64,000 bases of DNA from Pachysolen tannophilus NRRL Y-2460 (taxonomy: Eukaryota): positions 307,944 through 371,943 of the forward strand of contig KV454018.1 in assembly GCA_001661245.1 (NCBI GenBank), given 5' to 3'. Positions 1 to 11,280 of this stretch are shown piece after piece. Made by a program: the position numbers and the translations under genes. Each line of letters opens with the position of its first letter. Position 1 is the first letter of the stretch. The notes beneath the pieces were generated by a model, which saw only the letters and a list, made by a program, of their open reading frames with translations, was not told the origin of the DNA and made no database searches.

Positions 1-466
1 AAATAATAAAAAGGACAAGAACAAAAAGAAAAAAAATTCAAAAAATACAGCTAATGCTCATGATGAACTATAATTCTAATGATTGCGCAAAATGATCCTC
101 CATTATTATCATTAGCAGAACAAAAATGCTCTTTAGCACACATTTTGCAAACTTCCTATTTCGGAAGTCGTAAAGTGCTTAATTCTTATTTCCATTTTAG
201 GTAATTTTGTTTTTTTTTTGTTCTTTTCAAAGAAAAAAAAAGGTGGATAGATTACCTCATTAGGTAATTATTACCCAAATGTAATGGATAATTTCCATTT
301 TTAGTAATTTTTTGGTTGAAATTTTTTTTTTTTTGCTTTTTTTTGGCCTTTAAAAAAAGGTAAAAAAAATTGTATAGAAATAATGAATGGAAATTGGCTT
401 TCTTTTATAACAAGATAAATAGTAAAGATTAATTCAATTGTTAGGTGATTACGTAGTTGTTTGATA

Positions 467-870
467 ATGATCACAAAGTATTTCACAAAAGTTGTTGTAA
501 AGTTTAACCCATTTGGTAAAGAAGGTTAGTTAAAAAAAAAATAAAAAAAATTTGTTTCTGGGTTGTTGAATTACCAGCAGCTTATTGTTCATTTATGCTC
601 ATTTACTAACTATACGTTTTTCATTTTTTAAATATAGGTAAATCTTCTAGGTTATTTCTTGCTGCTATTCCACCAGCACTTAGAGGACAGTGTCAGATAG
701 ATTATGAGGTTTTAACTAAAACATCAAAGAATAAACCAATTATAAAAGTTTCATATAAAGATAAAAAGACATTAGAAGCTGATCCTGTACATTCAAATTT
801 TGAAGAGTTACTGGCTTATTTTGATAGACATTCAAGAAAATTGAAGTTAGATGAAGCTATAAAAAGTTGA
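467..870 (+). CDS. MRPL44: Mitochondrial large ribosomal subunit protein Mrpl44 (mL53), spliced: join(467..524,638..870), 96 aa
   Basis: Not in the ORF track. Exon 1 reads MITKYFTKVVVKFNPFGKE; intron 525-637 has GTTAGT, TACTAAC (604-610) and TAG; exon 2 reads GKSSRLFLAAIPP...YKDKKTLEADP...FDRHSRKL. This matches recalled yeast Mrpl44 (MITKYFSKVIVRFNPFGKE...FDRHSK). Confidence 0.93.
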
Positions 871-1261
871 AAAAAATAATCAATTTTAAAGATACAATTT
901 TATTGATTTACCAAATAGATTTCCTTGCTCAATCTTTCCCCCACCACCACCACTACTACTACGCAGATAATTATAACCTTGTACATATACTTTTATACAT
1001 ATATTTTTAGATATTACAATTTAATGGAATATATAAACTACTCAGAACATCTTATTCTTTTATTGTAGCGTCTCGGTTAGTAAGTTAGTAAGTTAGTTAG
1101 TTAGTTGTAAAAATATTGATTTTATTTTACTCTTTTACTGAAAGAAGGTGAAAAAAAAAAATTTTTTATTTTTTTATTTTTATATATTTTTTATTATTTT
1201 ATTATAAAAGATAAAACTTATTTAAATCTTTTAATATCTAAAATTATTTGTATTAGTGGCC

Positions 1262-2110
1262 ATGTCGTTGTTGTCAAGAGTGCCTAGGTTTTCGAAAAAA
1301 GATGTGGTCCAGTCAGAGTCAGAAGATGAAGGGTGGCTGAACGAGTACTCCAATCGTGAAAAGTCTCAAGGTAGTGATGATGATGAAGATGAAGAAGAAG
1401 AAAAAGATGATGAGATGTCTAGAATATCGTTTGGAGCTTTACGTAAGGCGCAACAAAGAATGGAGGAACAAGGAAATAGTAGTAGTGATGAGGATGATTT
1501 TTTTGAAACTGAAACTCCTAGTTCTTTATCAAGGATTGAAGAGAAGAAGTTTAAAAATAAAAAAAATATACAAAATAATAAAAAAAAATCTAAACATGCT
1601 CCAAGTGAAACATCTTCTAAAAAACCAGTTCGTAAGATAAGGGATATACCAGGGTTAAAGAGTATAAAAGATTCAACATTATATACGGATATAAGGTTTG
1701 ATCCTGCTTATGGGAAATCAGATTTAGCAAAGACAAGACAAAATTATAAATTTTTAGATGAATATAGACAAAAAGAATTAAAAGATATGGAAATTTTATT
1801 AAAAGAAAATAATAAAAAAAATTTTTTATCAGGACAAGAATTTGAAGATTTACAATATAAAGTACAATCTTTAAGATCAAGAATAGATACTTTGAAAAAT
1901 AGAGATTTAGAAAATCAAGTTATTAAAGATTTTAAAAATACACATGGTAATTCTAAAGGTAAACCAATTTTTTTGAAAAATAGTGATAAGAGAAAATTAA
2001 TACAAAAGGCTAAATTTGAAGGTATGAAATCGAAACAAAGAGAAAAAGTTATGGAAAGAAAGAAGAAGAAGAGATTGGGTAAGGAATTTAAACAAATGGA
2101 GTTTATGTAA
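1262..2110 (+). CDS. RRP36: 90S preribosome component Rrp36 (DUF947)
   Basis: Acidic N-terminus, ISFGALRKAQ, HAPSETSSKKPV, DIRFDP, NYKFLDEYR and a basic C-terminus; first ATG at 1262. Confidence 0.88.
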   Translation: MSLLSRVPRFSKKDVVQSESEDEGWLNEYSNREKSQGSDDDEDEEEEKDDEMSRISFGALRKAQQRMEEQGNSSSDEDDFFETETPSSLSRIEEKKFKNKKNIQNNKKKSKHAPSETSSKKPVRKIRDIPGLKSIKDSTLYTDIRFDPAYGKSDLAKTRQNYKFLDEYRQKELKDMEILLKENNKKNFLSGQEFEDLQYKVQSLRSRIDTLKNRDLENQVIKDFKNTHGNSKGKPIFLKNSDKRKLIQKAKFEGMKSKQREKVMERKKKKRLGKEFKQMEFM

Positions 2111-2261
2111 GAAAAGAAAAGAGAAAAAAATTGGGTAACATTTATATTATATATATATATATATATATATATTAATTTTTAAAAAAAAAATAATAAAAAA
2201 AAAAAGACACCCTTTCTATTCATACATAGAAACTAATGTAACATATTCAATTCGATAATGC

Positions 2262-2855
2262 TTATTTTGATTCTGGTTCTGATTCTTTGTGTTCTCCTTC
2301 ATGTTTGTTCCAATCATTCCAACTACCCACGTAATTACCTCTTTTCTTGTAACCAAAAGTCGAAGCCAATTCTTCAGCCAATGTAGACCTAACTCCACCT
2401 TGACAATAGAAAATCAATTCCTTGTCAACTGAAGGCTTATCAAATCCAAAACGGTCTTTGAATTCTTCTTCTGGAAGATCTAATGCACCTGGTGATGATT
2501 TATACGGAATATTTATAGCCGTTGGTATCTTACCAAAAGTTTTCAATTCTTCAGGTTCCCTAACATCAACTAAAATCTTATCACCAAGTTTATCCTTATT
2601 TAAAGCAACAACTTTCTTAATTGCATCATAATCATATAATTTAGCTTCTGGTGTCTCTTTTAAAATTCCATTACTTTGATATCTCATCGATGATTTTAAT
2701 GAAATCCAAAAATTCCTATTAACAATTTGATGTTTTTGTATATTTAATAACAAATTATTACCAGCACCACCATTCCTCACCAGAGAAAACAATCTAAATG
2801 AAACAGTCTTACTCAAAAACTTTAACGAAGAGGATCTTTTAAATAAATTCAACAT
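2262..2855 (-). CDS. RDL2: Mitochondrial single-domain rhodanese/thiosulfate sulfurtransferase (Rdl1/Rdl2 family)
   Basis: LVDVREPEE, IPTAINIP, active-site loop FYCQGGVRS, YVGSWNDW; presequence-like basic N-terminus; adjacent to RRP36 as in S. cerevisiae. Confidence 0.8.
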   Translation of the reverse strand: MLNLFKRSSSLKFLSKTVSFRLFSLVRNGGAGNNLLLNIQKHQIVNRNFWISLKSSMRYQSNGILKETPEAKLYDYDAIKKVVALNKDKLGDKILVDVREPEELKTFGKIPTAINIPYKSSPGALDLPEEEFKDRFGFDKPSVDKELIFYCQGGVRSTLAEELASTFGYKKRGNYVGSWNDWNKHEGEHKESEPESK

Positions 2856-3059
2856 TTTAAATATATATATTTAATGGTATTAATTGATTAATACTTCTTT
2901 TTAAAAAATATTCAACTTTTATAGCAAAAAAAGAAAGAAAGAAAAAATTTCAAAATAAATTTAATTAATTAAAAAAATTTTTGATTTAATTTTCATTTTC
3001 ATTTTTTATTTTTTTTATAAGGAATAGTTTCAAAGTGATAGAAGTCAAGTAGGAGAGAA

Positions 3060-4466
3060 ATGTCGTTTCGAAGAAGAGGTGATATTATTGGGAATCCTCA
3101 ACAAGTTTCTGGAGTTGGTGTGAATAGAAATTCTGGTGCTGTTCCTGGTGCTATTCCTAATGCGGTTCCTGGTAGAAGTTTTCCTAATGTTCATACTCAA
3201 AGTCGTCCAACATCCATTTCATCTAGAGTACCACAGTCAATTTCTTCACCTGTAGCTTTAACAGGGAAACCAAAAGACACAGGGCTGAATATATTGAATC
3301 ATCCTGGTGTGAAGCCTTCTATTTTAACGTCTCAACCCACGGTTTCCACTGGATCATCGGAGTTGGATAAGATATTGGGTCATCAAGGTTTACCATTAGG
3401 ATGTTCTATGCTTATTGAAGAAAATGGTACTACAGATTTTGCTACTGTTTTAGTAAAGAAATTTTGTTCTCAAGGGATTGTTCAAAATAGGTTAAATAAT
3501 AAAGATCAAAATAATACATATTTAATAGTTGTTGGTATGGATTCTTCTTGGGGGAAAAATTTACCTGGATTATATAAAGGTTCTTTAAAAGATCAAAAGA
3601 AATCAAAAATTGTTGAACTGGAATCGAAATTAAGTGTTTCAAATTTAGTAAATAAACCATTACCTAAAAGAGAGAATGATTTAAAAATTGCATGGAGATA
3701 TGGTCATTTAAATAAAGATGATCCAGAACTGATAAAAATTCATAATTCCTCATCAGCTTATCCAGATTATAATCATCAATTTGATATCACTTCTTCTTTA
3801 ATACCAGCACCTCATTCAAATGAAATTGCTTATGTTCCTATTCAATCCAAATTAACAAATGTTATTAAACAAATAGATACTCTTGTGAATAAGAACAATG
3901 GGAAATTGATTAGATTAATTGTTCCAAGTTTCTTAAATCCAATAATATATCCTTCAACTATATCAAATATTGAAATATTAAAATTTATTAAAAATTTGAA
4001 ATCATTAACAAGAAAATATTCAAATGAAATTGTAATAACTTTAACATTAAATTTAGATTTATACCCTAGAGAAAATCCATTAACTACATTAATTGAAAAA
4101 TTTTTTGATTGTATTATTGAATTAAAACCATTTGATCCAAAATTATATGAATTAATAGAAAGAAGTTATTCTAAAAATCCGAAAAGAATAAAACAAGGTT
4201 TCTTAAATATTTACAAGATCCCAATATTATCCGATTTAGGACTAAATCTAATAAAAGAAATGGAATATTGTTTTAAAAATGGTAAAAGAAATTTTGAAAT
4301 CGATGAATGGTCTATACCTGTTGATGAAGAAACAGCTACAGATAACAATAACAATGGAGAAAATAATAAACTTCACCAACAACATTCCCATTCTCATTCT
4401 GACATTGACATTGGATCATCATCTAACCCAATGCAAGGTCAGACAAAGAAAAACGTTGAATTCTAA
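3060..4466 (+). CDS. ELP4: Elongator complex subunit Elp4
   Basis: MSFRRRG start, STGSSELDKILGHQGLPLG, LIEENGTTDFA, DLKIAWRY, FEIDEWSIP. Confidence 0.9.
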   Translation: MSFRRRGDIIGNPQQVSGVGVNRNSGAVPGAIPNAVPGRSFPNVHTQSRPTSISSRVPQSISSPVALTGKPKDTGLNILNHPGVKPSILTSQPTVSTGSSELDKILGHQGLPLGCSMLIEENGTTDFATVLVKKFCSQGIVQNRLNNKDQNNTYLIVVGMDSSWGKNLPGLYKGSLKDQKKSKIVELESKLSVSNLVNKPLPKRENDLKIAWRYGHLNKDDPELIKIHNSSSAYPDYNHQFDITSSLIPAPHSNEIAYVPIQSKLTNVIKQIDTLVNKNNGKLIRLIVPSFLNPIIYPSTISNIEILKFIKNLKSLTRKYSNEIVITLTLNLDLYPRENPLTTLIEKFFDCIIELKPFDPKLYELIERSYSKNPKRIKQGFLNIYKIPILSDLGLNLIKEMEYCFKNGKRNFEIDEWSIPVDEETATDNNNNGENNKLHQQHSHSHSDIDIGSSSNPMQGQTKKNVEF

Positions 4467-4638
4467 ACTATTTTTCTTTTTTGTATCGTATTTTGTATAA
4501 ACCTTTTTGTATAGTAAAAAAACTAATAATAATGAAAAAATAAAAAATAAAATGAAAAAAAATAAAACTTCAACTTAATCATCAATATTTAAATGCTCTT
4601 TTTTCCTAAAGATATCATTGAAAGTAATAGATTTGAAT

Positions 4639-5415
4639 ATGTCTAATGGAAAGATTCTTTGTCTACATGGATTTGTTCAAACTGCTGATATATTCAAGGC
4701 CAAAATATCTGGTGTTAGAAAAGCTTTGAAAAAACAAGGATTTGAATGTATATTTTTAACTGCACCAATAAAACTTTTACCAGCTGATTTACCATTTGAT
4801 GTTGATGTTAAACGATTTGATTCTAAAAGTGGAGATGATCAACAGGAGTATCGAGCTTGGTGGTTAAAGAAAGATGCATTTAACGTTGATGTTGCAATTG
4901 AAAGTATTAAAGATTTTACCAAAGAACATGGACCATTTGTAGGTATATTAGCATTTTCTCAAGGTGCTGGTTTAGCTGGATTAATTACATCTCAATTCAA
5001 AGATATTACTAATAATTTACAACAAAAAGATTTAAAATTTTCAATTTTTTATAGTGGATTTAAAATTAATGGATGTGATCCTGAAGTATTAAAATATTAT
5101 GAACAAAAAATCAATATTCCAACATTGCATGTAATTGGTGAATTAGATACAGTTGTTGATTTAGATATGTCCATGCGCTTGTATGAGGAATGTTGTGAGC
5201 CAGGAACTGCAACTTTATTGAAACATCCAGGTGGTCATTTTGTTCCAAATTCTAGAAATGTTGTAGATAAAGTTGTTGCATGGGTGGTGAATGCAGTAAA
5301 GGAAAACGACAACAACAACAACAAAAATAATAAAGACTCACAAGAACAAGAAGAAAAAGACAAAGAATTAGATGATGATCTCATGGCAATGATAGATAAG
5401 TTAGGAACTGCCTAA
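4639..5415 (+). CDS. FSH/OVCA2-family serine hydrolase (Fsh2/Fsh3-like)
   Basis: KILCLHGFVQ, nucleophile elbow AFSQGA, PTLHVIGELDTVV, HPGGHFVP; first ATG at 4639. Confidence 0.88.
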   Translation: MSNGKILCLHGFVQTADIFKAKISGVRKALKKQGFECIFLTAPIKLLPADLPFDVDVKRFDSKSGDDQQEYRAWWLKKDAFNVDVAIESIKDFTKEHGPFVGILAFSQGAGLAGLITSQFKDITNNLQQKDLKFSIFYSGFKINGCDPEVLKYYEQKINIPTLHVIGELDTVVDLDMSMRLYEECCEPGTATLLKHPGGHFVPNSRNVVDKVVAWVVNAVKENDNNNNKNNKDSQEQEEKDKELDDDLMAMIDKLGTA

Positions 5416-5648
5416 TTGCTCTATATCTTGTAGATACTATGTACTAAAATTATTTCTATTTTATAAAATTGTAAATCAGATAGATGAATGAATAAATTAT
5501 TACAAACTAACCCAGATTTAATAATACAAGAGTTTACTAAACTAACCTCTACTTAGTACCTTCCCATAATCAGCAGCAGCATGAACAGCATCAGCAGGAA
5601 CAGGAACTATTGTAGATCTGTTTTGATCTTCTTCCTTTGAAGAAAATG

Positions 5649-5656
5649 TGACGTCA
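5649..5656. promoter_or_regulatory. Palindromic CRE (TGACGTCA), an ATF/Sko1-type bZIP site upstream of FMP42
   Basis: Exact TGACGTCA about 205 bp upstream of the ATG; function inferred only. Confidence 0.35.
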
Positions 5657-5860
5657 TAAAGGTCAAGATGGTGATAACGAAATCTGATGAAAAGCAAAAA
5701 TAAAAATAAAAAAATATATAAAAAGAAAAGAAAATTCTGACTCGATACGAAATGGAAACATTGGTATTAAATATATATTGAAAAGTGAATAATAATATTA
5801 ATAGCTGTGGTTAATAGTATATATTATCTTGTTGGCTCTTTTTGGGCTTGTTAGTTTGCT

Positions 5861-7360
5861 ATGTTATCGCAAGAGATGGAAACTTCTTTATTTAGGAGAA
5901 TATTACAATTGGTATGTGCAATAATTTGGTGTTTACTTTCAGCTGGTCCTGTATTTGGGTTTGCAGCTTTAAAACCTGTACTTATATCTGAAGGTGTTTA
6001 TAAAGAATATTGTTCATTAAATGATAATTTCTTAGAAATTGATGAGCCTTGTCCAGAACAAGATTTAAAATTAAATTTTATATTTACAATAGCAGCAGTT
6101 GTAACAAATGTTACATTTATCTTGGTTGGTACAATATTAGATCATTATGGACCAAGAGTTACTGGTATTATTGGTTCAATTTTTTTATTTTGTGCTTCAT
6201 TGATATTGAGGAAAAGTGATACAATAACTATTGTTGATGGTTATTTATTTGGTTACACTTTATTAGCATTTGCTGGTCCATTTGTATTTATAAGTTGTCT
6301 ACAATTATCTAATTCTTTCCCTAGGCAATCAGGTCTTATATTGGCATTATTAACAGGTGCTTTTGATGCTTCTTGTGCTTTATTTTTAATTTATAGAATT
6401 ATTTATCAAGGGAATTATATTAAAAATTTAACTTTTGAAAAATTCTTTACTTTTTATTTAATTGTTCCTATTTTCATATTTGTTTGTCAAATGACAATAA
6501 TGCCACATAGTTCTTACAAGACTATAAATACAATTGCCAAGATTTCAGAAGAACAAATTGATGAAAATGGATTTCCAATTGATGAAGAAATTGATCCAAA
6601 TGAAACCACTTCTTTGATTCAACTGTCACAATCAAATAAGACTACATTTGAACTACAACGTGAATTTGAATTAGCAACTTCAAGTGGTGGAGTATTTGGA
6701 GTATGCCATAATTTATCATTAATGGAACAATTTAAAAGTTCTTGGTTTATATTAATGTGTGCTTTTACAGCAATTCAAATGTTAAGAATTAATTATTTTG
6801 TTGCAACAATAAGGTCGCAAGAAGAATATTTGTTTAATCCAGAAATAGGATTAAAAATTAATAGATTTTTTGATTTAGCCTTACCAATTGGTGGAATTAT
6901 TTCTATTCCATTTATTGGCATATTATTAGATCATTTCCAAACTTTAACAGTTTTAAACATCTTAACTGTAATTTCAGTAATAATTGGAATACTTGGGATA
7001 CTTAAATTACAAATTTGTGCATACTCTGGAATAATCTTATTAGTATTATATAGACCATTTTATTATACAACCGTTTCAGATTATTGTTCAAAAGTTTTCG
7101 GATTTCACACTTTTGGTACAATATATGGTTCAATTATTTGCTTCTGTGGATTTACCAATTTGTTACAAACTTTATTAGATCATATCACTCATTTCACATT
7201 TAAAATGAATCCAATACCCGTTAACATTGCATTGACTCTGATAACAGGAGTTGCGGGTTTTAGTTTAATTGCATTTATCATTAGTCAAGAAAGAGAGATC
7301 ATTAAAAGGCAGATGATTTTAGAAGCAGAAAATGCAGTTATCATTGATATGCCCCATTAA
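5861..7360 (+). CDS. FMP42: MFS transporter Fmp42 (SLC43/LAT3-like)
   Basis: AGPVFGFAALKPVL, EQDLKLN, QMLRINYFVATIRSQ; about 12 hydrophobic segments; adjacent to an FSH gene as in S. cerevisiae. Confidence 0.85.
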   Translation: MLSQEMETSLFRRILQLVCAIIWCLLSAGPVFGFAALKPVLISEGVYKEYCSLNDNFLEIDEPCPEQDLKLNFIFTIAAVVTNVTFILVGTILDHYGPRVTGIIGSIFLFCASLILRKSDTITIVDGYLFGYTLLAFAGPFVFISCLQLSNSFPRQSGLILALLTGAFDASCALFLIYRIIYQGNYIKNLTFEKFFTFYLIVPIFIFVCQMTIMPHSSYKTINTIAKISEEQIDENGFPIDEEIDPNETTSLIQLSQSNKTTFELQREFELATSSGGVFGVCHNLSLMEQFKSSWFILMCAFTAIQMLRINYFVATIRSQEEYLFNPEIGLKINRFFDLALPIGGIISIPFIGILLDHFQTLTVLNILTVISVIIGILGILKLQICAYSGIILLVLYRPFYYTTVSDYCSKVFGFHTFGTIYGSIICFCGFTNLLQTLLDHITHFTFKMNPIPVNIALTLITGVAGFSLIAFIISQEREIIKRQMILEAENAVIIDMPH

Positions 7361-7504
7361 ACACTTTCCCACTATTATCAAAGTTTACTTTGACCTTTTT
7401 CATAATATTATTATTAAATTTTTCAAGAGAATATTATATTATAGTTATTAAAAATTAAACATTAAAAAAATTGTTAAAAAAATCGAAAAAGTTTGTTAGC
7501 ATTG

Positions 7505-10082
7505 TTATTCATTCCAATCAAACTTTCTAACTCTAATTGGAATATTAATTTCTTTCTTACCATATGAACCAAAATCAAGATGAACTGTGATGTTATATAA
7601 TCTTGAGACATGACAGCTTTGAAATGTTGGGATCAAAGTTAATTCTCTTATATCCTGCACTTTTAAATCAAATTTGATCTTTTTTTTATAAACCAAATTA
7701 TTATTACCTGATTCTTGAGAAATTTTCCAATTTTCAATACTGCAATTTTGAACTTTAAATAAAGGTAAAGAATTTTTTTCAAAATGTAAAGTACATATCG
7801 ATTTAATATCTTTCATTGTTTTCAGCAGTATTGTAGTATGTTTTGGTAATTTCTTTAATCTTGAAACAAACTCTGTAAAATTCTTTTTAATTTTTTTAAA
7901 ATCTTCCAATTCACCACTGCTACCCATTTTAAGAAGAAATGAGTTATCAAAAGTGACAGGAATATCATATATGGAACTAATATTCCAAATAGTTAAATCA
8001 GTCATGATTGAAATAAATTTTGGAGGTTGAGTATCAGAGGAAACAGGTTTAAACTCAAAATTTAATTCAATTGAATGAATAGTTTGCTTTTCTGTTGTTG
8101 TTAATGCAGAATCTAAAAGAGAAATGTTATCCTTACCTGCAGCATCCATATTTGACTTTGTATTTGTCTTTTGTATTAAAGAAGGAGAAATATAGGATAA
8201 ACCTTCATTGGGGAGATACCAAAAGACATCTACCTTCCCTAATAGAGCAGTAGGAGAAGGAGTTGAAGATGAAGATGAACAACTAGAAACTATAGGAGTG
8301 ATTTCTTGATTATTGCTATTATTCGTTTTACTGGATTTTTTGAATAAATTGGTTACAAAATTTGAATTTTTCCCCTTTTTACTAATCAATTCAAAAGTAT
8401 TTTGTTGAACAATTTTTTCCTTTGATGAGTTAGATAAGGGGAAACAAGGAATATCACTATAGTTATTTGAAGAAAGTTGAACTCTTTTCCTATTTTGAAT
8501 TTCTTCATTATTTAATGATGATGACTCATCATCGCCTTCAGAGGAATGAGATGGCAAGCCAACAATACCATTATCATTATCATTACCGCTGCCACTACCA
8601 CTACCAAGTGAGGATACAGTTGAAGAAGTAGCTGAAGCTGCTGCTGAAGCTGCCGAGGCTGCCGAGGCTCTTCTTTCTAAATGTTTTATTTCGGTATCAA
8701 TTCTATTCTGTAAGATTTCAAATTGTTTTTCAGTACTCAATTCACTGTTTAAAGGGATACAAAAACCATAAGGGATAAATCGTATATGATGTTCTGCATC
8801 AGCTATAACTTTAAATTTTATTTTTTCACATTCTGTAAGACTTATATTACTTGTATTTGAACTTGAAATTTCTTTTAAATTAAGTTTATCATCAATTTCA
8901 CCTTCTTTTTTACTAACAAGTAATACAGCTTTAATCAGATAATTAATTGAATTTTTACCACTATAATCTTTCATTAATAATGGTGAACCTGAAACATTAG
9001 GAATCTTACCATAACCCAATATATTATTATATTCAATATTTGCAACTTTACCATTAAATGAATTTTCATCTACTCCAAAACTTGGTGGTAACATCATATG
9101 CATTGCATGTTGTGAATCACAAGTTTCATCTAATAATTGTAAAGGGAATTTAAATATAAAATATTTTCTATATTTTGTATTTGCTTTTAATATTCTATCA
9201 TGTGGTAAATAAACATGATAACCATCATCATCACGAATTCCTGGACTATAATCATTCTTACTATTTAATATAGGCATTGAACAATAAGACCAACCAGCAG
9301 TTAAATCAAACATACGTAAAAACAGTTTTTTAGAAGTGTTAATAGTTTTTTTCAAAGAGTTACCAGAAGAAATTGATGAAAAACCTTCTAATCTAACAGA
9401 AAAACTTTCAAATGGAACATCTTTATCATTATTATTTTCAATATTAACATAACCATAAACACTATCACCAGATGTATATTCTTTTAAAACATGTTCTTTT
9501 TCAAGTTCTTTTTGAAATGGAGTCAGTAATTTTTTTGTAGTATGGATTTCAATTAATACCCCTTTATCATAAATATGAGGTAAAATATCAATATTTGATA
9601 AAACAGAATCAGAACAACGACCTTCTAACCCAATTGAATTTGATTCATCATTATCATTAATATTATTTGATGTATCAATTGCACAACTATTATATAAAGG
9701 AGGATCATTATTATTATCAAATAAACTTCTATTTAAAATATATTGATGTAATTGAAATGATGGTAAAATATCAAACACCCCACAATCATTATTATCATTA
9801 TTATCAGTGATTGAACTTACTTCTGTTCCATCAGTTCCATCCGCGGTAGGTCTAGTTGAACCTGTAAAAGCCTGAGAATAAGAAGATAAATCATCATTAA
9901 CAGAATTCAGTACCGATTCCAAGTAAGAAGGAATATCATTCTCAAAACCTTTTTCTTTTCAAAATAAATCTAGTTAGTAATTAATCAATTACAATTGAAT
10001 AAAAATTTTAGTGGCAAAAATCTTTTCTTATTTTAAATAAAAGATAAAAAAAAGAAAATTATACTTAATACTTACCTTCCAT
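7505..10082 (-). CDS. Bul1/Bul2-family Rsp5 ubiquitin-ligase adaptor, spliced: exon 1 10082..10076, exon 2 from 9948 (or 9954) to 7505
   Basis: DILPSF..PPLY (PY motif), LKEYTSGD, FLRMFDL, LPPSFG, LIPTFQSC. The tracked ORF starts at TTG. Upstream: ATG GAA G|GTAAGT, TACTAAC (9979-9973) and in-frame AAG acceptors, giving MEGFENDIPSYLESV. Confidence 0.8.
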
Positions 10083-10347
10083 TTGTAATTTAAACTAAAG
10101 TTATTAACAACGACTAATAATATAAATCTATAACAAAAATCCATTTTTAAATAATCAGAATTTTTAAGAAAAGGGAATATTTGGACATATTTATGTGGTT
10201 TAATTATCATCTCAAGTGAGTATAAATTATGACTAATTAAGATCTAAGACTTCGCATTACATTAGATACAGGGAGAATTTTAATAATAATAATAATAATA
10301 ATAAGAAAAAAGAAAAAGAAAAAGCAAAAAAAATAATTTTTTTTTCC

Positions 10348-10354
10348 TGAGTCA
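10348..10354. promoter_or_regulatory. Gcn4/AP-1 element TGAGTCA upstream of the BUL-family gene
   Basis: Exact TGAGTCA next to a poly-T tract, about 265 bp upstream of the reconstructed ATG. Confidence 0.4.
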
Positions 10355-10498
10355 CAAAAAACGTTTCCTCCTCTTCTTATTGCCATGAATCATATCAATG
10401 GATAAAAAGATCAATGGACCAATAGAATCATAACTTGTTATCATTAAACTAAATAAATTCAAATCGATAACTCCACCACTTCATTATAAATACATATA

Positions 10499-10534
<36 letters not shown>

Positions 10535-11280
10535 TTTAATGAAAGATTTAAGTAATAATATAACCCATATATATGCATGATTTGAAATGATATTATATTA
10601 TAAAATATTCAGTTAAACTTCACCGGAAAAACCGATAATTAAACGTGTTTTTGATTACATTTGATAATATAAACAAGATACAAAATTTCAATTCCATATC
10701 GGAGTTAAATTTTTTTTTTTTTGCATTTTTCTTGACTTTTTAAATATTCACAAAGATTTATATAACCTCATTTCTTTTAAGATAATTAAATAATTAAATA
10801 AATCAGTTAGTTATATTACACAATCATTGTACGGCGCGGCAGAAGAATTAGGCAGAAGAAAAGCAGAGATACTGAAAATCTTTTCCGTTTGCTTTTTTCC
10901 TGCAGAATCCTTTCTTTTAAATGCACTTTTTGCTGTAAAGTGCGTCGGAGATAAAGAAAGAAAGAAAGAAAAAGTCAAAAAAAAAGTAAAAAAGATATTG
11001 CGCGCACAGAAGTTTTAATGTGTGGTACACTGAAATTGTTTAGTGAGCATTGAAATGTGGTACGCGCTATGTAATTTGTAAGTGGTACGCATATGCGTAA
11101 AAGATCAAATTAGATAAATACGCAACTGCGGAAGCTTTTCATTCTTTTTTTTTCATTTTTCATTTAAAACCAATTTGTCAATATCAGTGAGTGTTATAGT
11201 TCCAATTTACAATGTAAAAATAATATTTCTCTTGTATAACTATTTTTCTTTTTTTTTGCTTTTTTTAATTGTGAGAAAAG

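Noticed and set aside
301..486. 61-aa minus-strand ORF and similar short intergenic ORFs (e.g. 10827, 38730, 50971, 51196, 51555, 53072, 60554)
   Set aside because: Low-complexity products of A/T tracts, often with non-ATG starts; no recognisable motifs.
1076..1106. Tandem TACTAAC-like sequences on the minus strand
   Set aside because: Part of a (GTTA)n microsatellite; no donor site or exon could be built around it.
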